Positions 18,964-29,068 of a stretch of DNA of 64,000 bases are shown one piece after another. Source of the DNA: Candidatus Poribacteria bacterium (lineage in GTDB: Bacteria > Poribacteria > WGA-4E > PCPOR2b); NCBI GenBank assembly GCA_965208675.1, contig OZ242351.1, positions 192,001 through 256,000 of the forward strand, written 5' to 3'. Within the stretch, counting starts at the first letter, position 1, and each line of letters begins with the position of its first letter. The notes under the pieces were generated by a model that saw nothing but the letters and a program-made list of their open reading frames with translations, searched no databases and was not told the DNA's origin. The translations under genes and the position numbers were made by a program.

Positions 18964-21741
18964 TCACTTTTCCAACACCTTCAAGTGTTCAACTCGTTCA
19001 AGGTATGTATCGTCCAACTCAAAAGCAGTGTCGAATTCTTCCTGCGCTTTCGCTTGCTGATTGTTCTTAAGGTATGCCAATCCCAAATGATAATGCGCCG
19101 AGGCTGATCCGAATCGTCCTTGGATTGCTTTTTCGTAGGCGGAAATCGATTCCGTAAACTTGCCCTGCTTGTAGAGCACCCAACCGAGAGTTTCATAAGA
19201 GGTTGGGGCATCGACGCGAAGCGCTATCGCTTTCTTCACAAGCGACTCTGCTTCATCCAATCTGTTACCCGCGTTGGCTAAAGACCACGCGCGAATATTC
19301 TGTAAACTAGCTGTCGCAGAATTGCAGATTTGTTCGTCTGCATCTCTCTTTTTCAGTTTTTCCAATTCAAGTACCGCCCGTTCATCTCGAAGTTGCCCCA
19401 ATGATTTCGCAGCAATACGGCGTACCCTCCTGCTTTCATCTCTGAGTGCAGCAATCAGCGGCGCAACCGCGCGCCCATCTCCCATACGCCCTAAAACAGT
19501 ACCTGCCATACAGCGCATCGCCTCATCATCGCTCTTTAACGCATCTGACAACAATCCCATCCCCCGTTTGTCCCCAAGCTGTCCCAACCCGATTGCGGCC
19601 ATTACCCGTATTTCATCATCTTTGAGCGCATTAAGCAGCGGCTCAACTGCCCGCTTATCACCTAAATGCGCTAACCCAGCCGCGGCCATTACCCGTACTT
19701 CATCATCTTTGAGCGCATTGAGTAGCGGTTCAACCGCCCGCTCGTCACCTAGCTGTCCAAGCGTAATGGCAGCATTTTTGCGAATGTAACTGTAGCTCTC
19801 TCCTGTGTCGCTATTGTAGTAACTGTTTTTGTTTCGAAGAACCGCAATCAGAGGTTGCACCGCTCGATTGTCATCAAGTTGGCCTAAGGTAGAAACAAGC
19901 ATATTTCTGAAATTGCCTTCTTCCGAATTGCGCACCTGGCCGCTATTCAAGACGCTGATGAGCGGCGTTGTTGCCCGTTTGTCCCCAAGCACTCCCAACG
20001 CAACGGCGGCATTCCAACGGACTTGCCAATTCTCATCATTAAGTGCCGCAACTAACGGTTTCATCGCGCGTGGTACGCCAAGATACCCTAATGCAAAAGT
20101 AGCTTCAAGGCGGACTTGCGAATCCTCGTCTTTAAGCACATCAACGAGTGATTGAACCGATCGCATGTCTCCTAGGCGGCCCAACGCATAAGCAGCGCCG
20201 CGGCGGACGATTTTATCCTGTTTTTTGTCTTTTAACACGGCAATCAGTGGCTTTGCCGCCGGTCTGCCGCACTGCCCTAAAGCACGGGCAGCATGCCAAC
20301 AAAACCCCCATTCTGTATATTTGAGCGCGGCAATCAGCGGTTCTATCGCGCGCTTATCACCAAGCCGGCCTAACGCTTTGGCAGCTTCAAAGCGAACTGC
20401 CCAATCTTGATTTTCGAGCGCGGCAATCAATGAATCTACCGCACGCCCATCCCCAAGCTGACCTAACGCTTTTGCGGCCTGTTGACGCACCTTCGCATCC
20501 CCGTCCTGAAGCGAAACGAGGAGAGGTTCAACCGCCCGCCTGTCCCCAAGTGTACCAAGGGCGTGTGCGGCGTTCGCGCGGCCGCCCCAATTCTTATCTT
20601 GAAGTGCAACAATCAACTCATCTACCGCTCGATTATCATTTAGCTGTTCCAACGCAGCTACAGCGCTGTTACGTATGGAACCCTGTTCGTCCTTCAGGGC
20701 GGCGATTAGGATATCAACCGCTCGCCTATCTCCAAGTTGTCCTAACGCGGCTAGGGCATTATTGCGGACAACACTATCACTATCGCTGGAAAGCGCTATG
20801 AGCGGTTCTACTGCTCGCGGGTCTCCAATCCGACCCAAAATTCGCGCCGCGTCGGCGCGGGCAGAACTTTTACCGCTCTTCAGTATAGATAGTAACGGAA
20901 TTACTGCTGGTTCACCCAGCCGCACTAGCGTCGAGACCGCAGCGGCGTGAACCAATACATCCGCCTCATTGAGGGCAGCTATCAGCGGCGCAACCGCGGG
21001 TTCGCCATGCTGCTCCAATGCGGCTGCGGCTCTTTCACGGACAGAACTTTCATTGTCACGAAAAGCGGCGATTAGCGGTAATACTGCTCGTGTGTTGTCA
21101 AGTTTTCCAAGCACCGATGCCGCGGCGTCGCGCACAAATGGGGTTCCATCTCTGAGCGCCTCAATCAGCGGTTCAACGGCCCGCTTATCGCCAAGCTGTC
21201 CCAACGCAAGAGCAGCAAAGGGGCGGGAAGGGTCATTTTCCTCAATGATTGCAATCAACGCCTCGCATGCCCGCGCATCGCCGAGATGGCCCAACGCAAT
21301 AGCAGCACTATTCCGCACGGCGCGCTGGTCATCTTTCAACGCCGCAATTAAGGGTTCCATCGCTTGTGGTTCGCCAAGCTGTCCCAACGCAAATGCAGCG
21401 CTGCTCCGTACACTGTCACCCGTAACTTTCAGCACCGCTATCAGCGGTTCCACTGCCCGTTTGTCACCCAAATTACCCAAGGCAATGGCGGCTCTCTCAC
21501 GGACAGTACAATCTTCCTCGTGGTCCTGAAGAACAGCCATTAGCGGGATAACCGCCCGCACATCGCCAAATAGTCCCAATTTCTCGGCAGCCTCATTGCG
21601 GAGAAGTTTATCCTCTCCTTCTAACTGCTTGATGTACACTGCTACTTCATCTTTGTGGTTATGGCTGTCGCATCCGCATAACGCTGCAAAACCAATCGCA
21701 ATGAAGACAGACGTCGTCCGGTGTATTCGCATTTCCTTCAT
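18964..21741 (-). CDS. HEAT-repeat lipoprotein with C-terminal TPR (paralog of the neighbour)
   Basis: Likely start MKEMRIH (21741) or MRIH (21732) with lipobox-like LCGC; >20 HEAT repeats; ETLGWVLYKQG TPR. The ORF-track start at 21969 overlaps the GTPase. Confidence 0.88.
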   Translation of the reverse strand: MKEMRIHRTTSVFIAIGFAALCGCDSHNHKDEVAVYIKQLEGEDKLLRNEAAEKLGLFGDVRAVIPLMAVLQDHEEDCTVRERAAIALGNLGDKRAVEPLIAVLKVTGDSVRSSAAFALGQLGEPQAMEPLIAALKDDQRAVRNSAAIALGHLGDARACEALIAIIEENDPSRPFAALALGQLGDKRAVEPLIEALRDGTPFVRDAAASVLGKLDNTRAVLPLIAAFRDNESSVRERAAAALEQHGEPAVAPLIAALNEADVLVHAAAVSTLVRLGEPAVIPLLSILKSGKSSARADAARILGRIGDPRAVEPLIALSSDSDSVVRNNALAALGQLGDRRAVDILIAALKDEQGSIRNSAVAALEQLNDNRAVDELIVALQDKNWGGRANAAHALGTLGDRRAVEPLLVSLQDGDAKVRQQAAKALGQLGDGRAVDSLIAALENQDWAVRFEAAKALGRLGDKRAIEPLIAALKYTEWGFCWHAARALGQCGRPAAKPLIAVLKDKKQDKIVRRGAAYALGRLGDMRSVQSLVDVLKDEDSQVRLEATFALGYLGVPRAMKPLVAALNDENWQVRWNAAVALGVLGDKRATTPLISVLNSGQVRNSEEGNFRNMLVSTLGQLDDNRAVQPLIAVLRNKNSYYNSDTGESYSYIRKNAAITLGQLGDERAVEPLLNALKDDEVRVMAAAGLAHLGDKRAVEPLLNALKDDEIRVMAAIGLGQLGDKRGMGLLSDALKSDDEAMRCMAGTVLGRMGDGRAVAPLIAALRDESRRVRRIAAKSLGQLRDERAVLELEKLKKRDADEQICNSATASLQNIRAWSLANAGNRLDEAESLVKKAIALRVDAPTSYETLGWVLYKQGKFTESISAYEKAIQGRFGSASAHYHLGLAYLKNNQQAKAQEEFDTAFELDDTYLERVEHLKVLEK
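19595..19768 (-). repeat. Near-identical 87-bp tandem duplication inside the HEAT gene
   Basis: gcggccattacccgta(t/c)ttcatcatctttgagcgcatt... at 19595 and 19682, encoding RAVEPLLNALKDDE(V/I)RVMAA twice. Confidence 0.75.
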
Positions 21742-21823
21742 TTTTCTACGTGTCAGCCAGTATAAATGGCGGAAATAACGTTGGAACCACATGCGTTCTC
21801 GATTTACACGTTCGGTAGTTGAT

Positions 21824-22855
21824 TTAATGCATATGAAATTCCAAAACATCTCCATCGTGGACAATGTCATTACGGCTAACCGTCTGTCCGTCATGCCAGT
21901 TGACTCCCCAGATTCGCGCGTACTTGAAGTTCTCCGCAAAGTCTTTGTGCAGCGACATGGCAGCTTCAATTACAGTGCCATTAATAGGAAGCACAATTGG
22001 ATCCTCGGGGTCAACTGGTTTTCCCGGGGATTTGGTGTAAACGCGTAAAATCTCCATTTGTTCATACATTGCTTTCTGCAACACATCAATACCTTCGCCC
22101 GTTATCGCAGAAAGCGGAAAGATTGGAAAATCGTCGGTGTAAAACTCGCGCAGAATCTCCAAGCGATCGGATGCATCTTCATTGTCCATCTGGTTCGCAG
22201 CGATTAATGCGCGTTTAGTAAATTTGGCGGCGAAGGCGCCCATACTGTTGACATCATTGATGGATACCTCCTCGTTGTCCTGCGGGCTAGGGTAGATTTG
22301 ACCGGCAATTTGAATATTTGCTTCCATCAATACAGACTTTACACTTTCAATCTGATCGAGTACATCATCGCTTGCAAGGCTTAGCACTAGCAACAAAAGA
22401 TCGGCATTTCTTACGATGTCAAACACCCAAGGTTGCACGAAATCTTCCGTGATTGGCGGCAGGTCAATCAGTTGAAACTGAATATTTTCATACTTTAGCA
22501 TTCCGACGGCTGGTTCAAACGTCGTATGGGGAGATGGTGAAACAACCGGATTAGCGTTTGTGAACCTAGCGACGATCTGTGACTTCCCAACGTTTGAGGC
22601 GCCGATCAGGGCAATTTGGCCTGCTCCGTGTTTTGGAACATGATAACTGTGTCCTTTCTTTGCCTGTTTTTTTCCTTCCCCCTTTTTAACCTTTGTAATT
22701 CGCCGACGGAGATCTACACGAACCTTCTCTGTACCCTTGTGTTTCGGAGTAATGCGCAGCATCTCCTCTAACAGTGGGAGTCGTTCATCATCAGTCCTTG
22801 CTGCCTCAAGTTGGTGCTTGAGTTTGTAGTATTCGGGAGGAAGGTTTGCTGGCAT
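21824..22855 (-). CDS. DRG/OBG-family GTPase with C-terminal TGS domain
   Basis: MPANLPPEY, PKHKGTEK, GASNVGKS, PHTT, DLPP, LSA; TGS RVYTK...LHKDF..ARIWG..DGDVLEFH. Confidence 0.88.
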   Translation of the reverse strand: MPANLPPEYYKLKHQLEAARTDDERLPLLEEMLRITPKHKGTEKVRVDLRRRITKVKKGEGKKQAKKGHSYHVPKHGAGQIALIGASNVGKSQIVARFTNANPVVSPSPHTTFEPAVGMLKYENIQFQLIDLPPITEDFVQPWVFDIVRNADLLLLVLSLASDDVLDQIESVKSVLMEANIQIAGQIYPSPQDNEEVSINDVNSMGAFAAKFTKRALIAANQMDNEDASDRLEILREFYTDDFPIFPLSAITGEGIDVLQKAMYEQMEILRVYTKSPGKPVDPEDPIVLPINGTVIEAAMSLHKDFAENFKYARIWGVNWHDGQTVSRNDIVHDGDVLEFHMH

Positions 22856-22993
22856 TTTACCGGTAAATTTCAGTTCGATGAGAGCATAGAAAAAAACTTA
22901 TCAACATCGCCGCTATCGTATCCTACGGTCGGCGAATGACCGTCAACTTGCGATTAGGGTCAAGAAACAAGAAGAATCATCTGTCACTAGTAA

Positions 22994-23857
22994 TTATGAC
23001 TTTCGACCCGGTGCGTAACGCGGTGGAATTGGCTGAATAATTTCACGCTGCTCATCATTTAAGCTAGCCATTAAAGCCTCGCTGGGCACGTAATTGAAGC
23101 GGCACCGCAATAATCTTGAGGAATAGCGGTACAGCACGATCCGCCGATAGCCCGGATTGGTTCTGGCGGCAGATCCGTGCGTGAGCGCATCGGCAAACAT
23201 CAGCACATCCCCGGTTTCAAGATAGATTTCCTTCATACCCACCTGCGCGCCGGCAGTAACATCGCTTCGGTAACCTTCCTGCAGTAGCATGGGATGTTTC
23301 ATAGCCGATTTGTGGCTTCCTGGGATAATGGTTGTCGCCCCATCGCCGGGGCCAACGTCCTGCAACGCAATGATAACATCAATCTGGCCGACCATCCATT
23401 CGCCCGTGTTTTCTTGTCGGAAAGTCAAATAGCAGAGCGGAATCGCGCCGCCGCCATGAATGCCGATATACCCGCCCTGCCCCCTTATATTGAGCAGATT
23501 TTCATGGAGGGAGAGGCCGTTTGTCGGGTTAATAAAGCGGCGGCAGTGATCAATCCAAACAGGATAATTAATTAACCTCCGAAAAACTGGTCCTCCCTCA
23601 ATGATATTCTGGAAGTTGCATCCATCTGCGCCGCTGTAGGTGTGTGTTTCAACATCGCCAATCCAGTTGCCAGAATCTTCGTCGGTTTTGCGGCATTTGC
23701 CATCGACAAAATTCCAATGGTCATCAACCCACAGGTTCATCTCCTCAAGGTCTTGTTTCTGTACCGCCTTTTTCACGACGATGTATCCGTTCAGATCAAA
23801 AAGATAATCAATCAGATATTCGTCCGTTTCGTCGGCGTCAACCCAATCACGTGACAT
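22994..23857 (-). CDS. Phytanoyl-CoA dioxygenase (PhyH) family Fe(II)/2OG enzyme
   Basis: YLFDLNGY, GPGDGATTIIPGSHKS, GDVLMF..LTHGS, RRIVLYRY. Confidence 0.85.
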   Translation of the reverse strand: MSRDWVDADETDEYLIDYLFDLNGYIVVKKAVQKQDLEEMNLWVDDHWNFVDGKCRKTDEDSGNWIGDVETHTYSGADGCNFQNIIEGGPVFRRLINYPVWIDHCRRFINPTNGLSLHENLLNIRGQGGYIGIHGGGAIPLCYLTFRQENTGEWMVGQIDVIIALQDVGPGDGATTIIPGSHKSAMKHPMLLQEGYRSDVTAGAQVGMKEIYLETGDVLMFADALTHGSAARTNPGYRRIVLYRYSSRLLRCRFNYVPSEALMASLNDEQREIIQPIPPRYAPGRKS

Positions 23858-24047
23858 AACCGGTCTCCTTCTGTTCCCGATTTCCTGAGCTGTGTTGTAT
23901 CAAAACAGGGGTCTTCATATACCGGTCAACCATCTACAGAGCAACTCCCTTCGACTCAACCGGTTAACTTCCCGGTCTCCTGTTTAACGTGCATCTAACG
24001 TAACCGATTTAGTGTTTTTCCCTCACGCTCGGTGCTTCGGGACAGAC

Positions 24048-24103
24048 TTGCAAATGTTATGTTTTTGTTGTATTATCCTAGCAAAATTCCAATTTTGAGT
24101 CAA
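24048..24103. promoter_or_regulatory. Overlapping divergent sigma70-type promoters (lhr / phyH)
   Basis: Plus TTGCAA-17-TATTAT (24048-24076); minus TTGACT-17-TAGGAT (24103-24075). Confidence 0.5.
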
Positions 24104-24351
24104 CAGAAATTCAATCCAGCTTTCGTTGATTTATGATAAGTCCTAGCGCATCCAAATTTGACGATATCGCACGATTCAAAACGCCATCGGATTCCAGCCT
24201 AGCGTTTTCTGCAAATTCTAGATTTATAAAGCCGTTCCATACATCGAAAAATGATAAGTAACTTTTACATCTGACCGCATCACGCATCGTCTCTAATCTT
24301 GACGATGATGTCTAGTCAATCGTTTAATGGCGCCAACGTAAGAGCAGCAAA

Positions 24352-27300
24352 ATGAGCATGCCAATTCACTCTAGATTTCACCCCCTAGTTGCAAAATGGT
24401 TTACCCGAAAAATTGGTGAACCCACCGACGTACAAGCACAGGCTTGGCCGAAGATAGCTGATGGTGATCACGTGTTGATTACTGCGCCGACAGGGAGTGG
24501 AAAGACTTTGACGGCGTTTTTGTGGTCAATTAATCAGTTAGTGACGGGATCGTTGCCCATTGGACACACAAGCGTCCTCTATGTTTCGCCGCTCAAAGCA
24601 CTCAACAATGACATTCGGCGTAACCTACTTGAACCGCTTCGTGGTTTGAGACAGGTCTTTGAAGCGTCGGGACAACCATTCCCCAATATCCGCGTATTAA
24701 CCCGCAGCGGAGACACGCCTCAGTCGGATCGGCGCCGTATGCAGCGCCACCCGCCCGAGATTCTTATAACCACCCCTGAAAGCCTGAATCTTTTGCTCAG
24801 TTCGAATAGCGGCCGGTCTGTTCTAACGAAGATTGCGGCGGTAATTCTTGACGAGATTCACGCCGTAGTCGGTACAAAGCGCGGGACACATCTGATTACC
24901 GCTGTAGACCGATTGGTGCGTCTTTCCGGGGAATTTCAACGAATCGCACTGTCCGCTACAATCCGGCCCATGGAAACTGTCGCTGAGTTTGTAGGCGGAT
25001 ATACCACTGATGGAAACGTGCATGACCCGCAGTATTCAGCGAGGATTGTTTCGACGGTGCGCTCAAATGCCAACAAAGATTACGATGTACAGGTACGATT
25101 CCCGCAAGAAGCAGCGGAAGACCCGAATCGCGAGTCGTTTTGGGACCCGCTCATTTATGCTTTTAAGGAAATTATCGTCCGGAACCGTTCAACCCTACTC
25201 TTCGCCAACAGCAGGAGGCTGTGCGAGCGGTTGACGTTGAAGATTAACGCCGACGAAGAGCAACCTATCGCATACGCACACCACGGTTCCTTGTCTCGCG
25301 AAATCCGGGAAACGGTTGAGGCAAAACTCAAAGCGGGTGAATTGAAAGCCATTATCGCAACAAGTTCACTGGAGATGGGCATAGACATTGGCGCGCTGGA
25401 TGAAGTTGTGCTTATCCAATCCCCATTCTCAATATCGTCGGCGATTCAGCGAATCGGCCGTGCAGGCCATCAGGTTGGCGAGGTGAGTCGCGCCACGGTG
25501 TTCCCGACTCATTCGCGCGACTTTCTTGATGCCGCGGTCCTATCCGAAGCCATTAATACTCACGCAATTGAAGCCGTTAAACCTGTCAAATGTCCCCTTG
25601 ATGTGTTATCACAGATTGTCATTTCAATGGCGGCAATGGAGACCTGGGACATTGATGAGCTGTATATGCAACTGAGAACGAGTTACCCATACCGATTCCT
25701 CGGCCGCGAGCAGTTTGACCAAGTGCTGAATATGTTGGCAGGGCGGTACGCCGATAGCCGCATCCGTGAACTCAAACCGCGTGTGTCGATTGACCGGCTT
25801 GATAATACAGTTTCATCCAGAAAGGGAGCCATACAAGCGGTTTATATGTACGGCGGGACGATTCCTGACCGCGGGAATTTTCATATGCGCCACCTTGAGA
25901 CTAACGCCCGAATCGGCGAACTAGACGAAGAGTTCGTTTGGGAAAACGGAGAGGGAAGCGTATTCACGCTAGGTACACAATCGTGGAGAGTTGAGCGTGT
26001 AAGCCACAGCGACGTATTTGTCCTGCCAAATAAATCTCACCGGAAGGAAACGCCATTTTGGCGGGCCGAAGACCATGGGCGCGACTTCCACTATTCGGAA
26101 CGTGTCGGCCTTTTTCTCGAAACCGCCAATGACCGGCTGGACGACCCTGGCTTTGCTGAAAACCTGCAACGCGAAAATTGCATGGACGAAACAGCGGCAA
26201 TACAACTGATCGACTTTTTAAAAAGGCAAAAGGGTGCAACGGGATGCGACCTGCCGCATCGACATCATGTCTTGGTCGAAAACGTCCCAACCGGTTACGA
26301 TGGAGGCCCGGGAAATCAAGTCGTAATCCACACCTTCTGGGGTGCCAAAGTTAATCGGCCATTTGGTCTGACGCTTTCGTCCGCATGGGCAAGCCGATTC
26401 GGTTATCAACTAGAAATCCATGCTACTGACGATTGCATTGTGTTAATGCTGCCGGAGGATCTGCCCGCGGAGGATCTGATGTCGATGGTAACAAGTGCCG
26501 CGCTTCAACCCCTCCTTCGAAAACAGCTCGAAGGATCAGGTTATTTTAGCGCTAGGTTTCGGGAGTGCGCCGGGAGGTCATTACTGTTGACGTCCGGCAA
26601 GATGAACCAACGGATTCCCCTCTGGTTGAGCCGCTTACGGTCACAGAAATTAATGACAGCCGTGATGAAATACGAGGATTTCCCCATACTGCTGGAGACG
26701 TGGCGTACCTGCCTACAAGACGAGTTTGATTTGGACAGCCTTCAGCAGGTGCTCACAGAGCTTGAATCAGGTGCTATTTCTTGGACAGCGGTAAATACAC
26801 GCTACGCCAGCCCGATGGCGCAAAATGCTTCTTGGCGCCAGATAAACGAGTATATGTATATGGTCGATTATGCAAAATCGAACCACACTTCAATGCTTCG
26901 GAATGATCTCCTTCGCGATGTCGTGTTTATGCCGAGTTTACGCCCGACGGTCACGCAAGTGCTAGTTCAAGAGTTTGAACACAAACGCCAGCGGTTGAGT
27001 CCGGGGTACTCGCCGCAGACTGCACGCGACTTGGTTGATTGGGTAAAGGAACGGCTCATCATTACTGAGTTGGAGTGGGAATCGCTCCTAAACGCAATCC
27101 ATAACGACCACCGCCTCGATTTAGGCGAACTTCTCCGCTCCGTTGGCGATAAACTTGTGCGGGTAAAACTCCCTCAATCCTCCAATTGGTCAATTGTTGC
27201 CGTCGAAACGATGCCTCGAATCCGCAGATTATTCAACGATAAAGAGGCGATTGATGTTGAACCATTCAACCAATCAACGGGTATTCCCCAAGAACAGTTG

Positions 27301-28902
27301 TTCTCACATGACCAATGTGGTGAACAGGACGACCCGATTGACATGCAAGCCCTTACCTTGGTGTTGGAAGAATGGTTGCAGTTCTATGGTCCGAAAACCG
27401 CCGAATTCATTCAAGATTCGCTCGGTATAGAAAGCGGACGATTGCAGTTAATGCTCGAAGACCTCGTTGATTCGCAAAGGATTGTCATCGGGCAACTCGT
27501 AGCAGATACCAACGATCAAACTGTCTGCGACAGTGAAAACTTCGAGATTCTTCTGCGCCTGACACGCCGAGACGCCATTCCGACGTTCGAACCGCTTGAT
27601 TTTGAATGGTTACCCGTCCTTCTTGCCGAGGGCCAAGGGCTCACATCTCCTGAAGACGATGAAGAAGGCCTGTTCGCTAGCATCGAACAGTTGGCTTGTT
27701 ATCCGCTGCAAGCGGGACTCTGGGAATCGGATATTCTACCTGCCCGACTCTACCCGTATTCTACATCGTGGCTCGATACTATCATGATGGAAGGCGGCCT
27801 CCGGTGGGTCGGCATGGAAAACCGACGTGTAGTTTTCTGCTTTGATTCGGATCGAGACCTTATGCAAGAGAAAAACAGCGACGGCGGCAGTGAGTCGTCG
27901 GACGCTGAGAGTGAAATCAGGGAAGAGACGGACGCGCCGATGCAGCGCATGAAAATGCTCCACGCAGAAGATATTGACAATCTGTTTCCTGATGAAACCG
28001 GTCGTTACGATTTTGCTTCCATGTTACGAACGTCATCGCTTAGTGCGAGCCAATTGACAGAGCAGATATGGAATTTAGTTTGGGCGGGTCTGGTAACCAA
28101 CGACACATTTATGTCACTGCGAAAAGGCGTACAGAGCAAGTTCAAGCACCCGGAAGTTGGCGTGTCCAAAGAACGCAGCAGGCATCGTCGTTTAAGCCGC
28201 CGCACCGATTTTGGCAGATGGAAGAGTTCAAGTTCCTACATCGGTAATTGGTACCGGCTGCCGTCACTAAATCTTTCCGACGACCTAATTGAGGCGGAAG
28301 AGCTAAAGAAAGATCGCGCGAGATTGTTGCTAAACCGGTACGGAATTGTGTTTCGGGAGTTGTTGCAGAGAGAACTGCCTACGTTCCGTTGGACGGATAT
28401 CTTTCGATCTTTGCGTATCATGGAGCTGTCCGGCGAGGTTCTGGCTGGTTGTTTCTTCCATGGAATCCCCGGCCCCCAGTTTATCTCACATCAGGCGTTT
28501 CGGAGGTTAAACCGGCATCTCCCGATAGATAAAATTTTCTGGATAAATGCCGCGGATCCGGCGTCCTTGTGCGGCCTTCAACTCGATGCCGTCAAAGGAA
28601 AAATGCCGAAGCGAGTTCCTAGCACTCATTTGGTCTTTCGTGGACGCAAAATTGTGATGATTTCAGAGCGCAATGGCAAAACGCTTAAGTTTAATGTGCC
28701 GCACGACGACCGGCAAATACAGTTGTATCTCGGAGCCCTGCATCATCTGCTCAGGCGCGAATTTCAACCAATTCCCCGAATCACAATCGAGATTATCAAC
28801 GGCGAGGACGCGGCGCGGAGTCCATACGCTGATGTGTTGCGGACCGCTTTTGAGGTGACAATTGATTACAAGCATCTTATTCTCTATCGCAAATCGGTTT
28901 GA
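24352..28902 (+). CDS. lhr: Lhr-family DEAD/DEAH ATP-dependent helicase (long form)
   Basis: APTGSGKT, SPLKALNND, ITTPESL, LDEIH, HHGSLS, QRIGRAGH, GTIPDRG, LLNRYG, AADPA. Confidence 0.92.
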   Translation: MSMPIHSRFHPLVAKWFTRKIGEPTDVQAQAWPKIADGDHVLITAPTGSGKTLTAFLWSINQLVTGSLPIGHTSVLYVSPLKALNNDIRRNLLEPLRGLRQVFEASGQPFPNIRVLTRSGDTPQSDRRRMQRHPPEILITTPESLNLLLSSNSGRSVLTKIAAVILDEIHAVVGTKRGTHLITAVDRLVRLSGEFQRIALSATIRPMETVAEFVGGYTTDGNVHDPQYSARIVSTVRSNANKDYDVQVRFPQEAAEDPNRESFWDPLIYAFKEIIVRNRSTLLFANSRRLCERLTLKINADEEQPIAYAHHGSLSREIRETVEAKLKAGELKAIIATSSLEMGIDIGALDEVVLIQSPFSISSAIQRIGRAGHQVGEVSRATVFPTHSRDFLDAAVLSEAINTHAIEAVKPVKCPLDVLSQIVISMAAMETWDIDELYMQLRTSYPYRFLGREQFDQVLNMLAGRYADSRIRELKPRVSIDRLDNTVSSRKGAIQAVYMYGGTIPDRGNFHMRHLETNARIGELDEEFVWENGEGSVFTLGTQSWRVERVSHSDVFVLPNKSHRKETPFWRAEDHGRDFHYSERVGLFLETANDRLDDPGFAENLQRENCMDETAAIQLIDFLKRQKGATGCDLPHRHHVLVENVPTGYDGGPGNQVVIHTFWGAKVNRPFGLTLSSAWASRFGYQLEIHATDDCIVLMLPEDLPAEDLMSMVTSAALQPLLRKQLEGSGYFSARFRECAGRSLLLTSGKMNQRIPLWLSRLRSQKLMTAVMKYEDFPILLETWRTCLQDEFDLDSLQQVLTELESGAISWTAVNTRYASPMAQNASWRQINEYMYMVDYAKSNHTSMLRNDLLRDVVFMPSLRPTVTQVLVQEFEHKRQRLSPGYSPQTARDLVDWVKERLIITELEWESLLNAIHNDHRLDLGELLRSVGDKLVRVKLPQSSNWSIVAVETMPRIRRLFNDKEAIDVEPFNQSTGIPQEQLFSHDQCGEQDDPIDMQALTLVLEEWLQFYGPKTAEFIQDSLGIESGRLQLMLEDLVDSQRIVIGQLVADTNDQTVCDSENFEILLRLTRRDAIPTFEPLDFEWLPVLLAEGQGLTSPEDDEEGLFASIEQLACYPLQAGLWESDILPARLYPYSTSWLDTIMMEGGLRWVGMENRRVVFCFDSDRDLMQEKNSDGGSESSDAESEIREETDAPMQRMKMLHAEDIDNLFPDETGRYDFASMLRTSSLSASQLTEQIWNLVWAGLVTNDTFMSLRKGVQSKFKHPEVGVSKERSRHRRLSRRTDFGRWKSSSSYIGNWYRLPSLNLSDDLIEAEELKKDRARLLLNRYGIVFRELLQRELPTFRWTDIFRSLRIMELSGEVLAGCFFHGIPGPQFISHQAFRRLNRHLPIDKIFWINAADPASLCGLQLDAVKGKMPKRVPSTHLVFRGRKIVMISERNGKTLKFNVPHDDRQIQLYLGALHHLLRREFQPIPRITIEIINGEDAARSPYADVLRTAFEVTIDYKHLILYRKSV

Positions 28903-29068
28903 ATACAAATTAACAAATGCGCCACTATGGGAAAATGAAAAAGGCTTTCTCAATGTCATTTCAGATTCGACTGCGCCAGTAGCACTACCATTGAGTAAAA
29001 AATCTACCGTATTCCACAGCAAATTGTGGGGATGCGAAAAACCCGTTGTGTCCTCGAAAAGCTATCCT

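Noticed and set aside
17507-21529. Long plus-strand Ser/Ala-rich ORFs (e.g. 275 aa, 186 aa)
   Set aside because: Antisense shadows of the repetitive HEAT genes; no independent motifs
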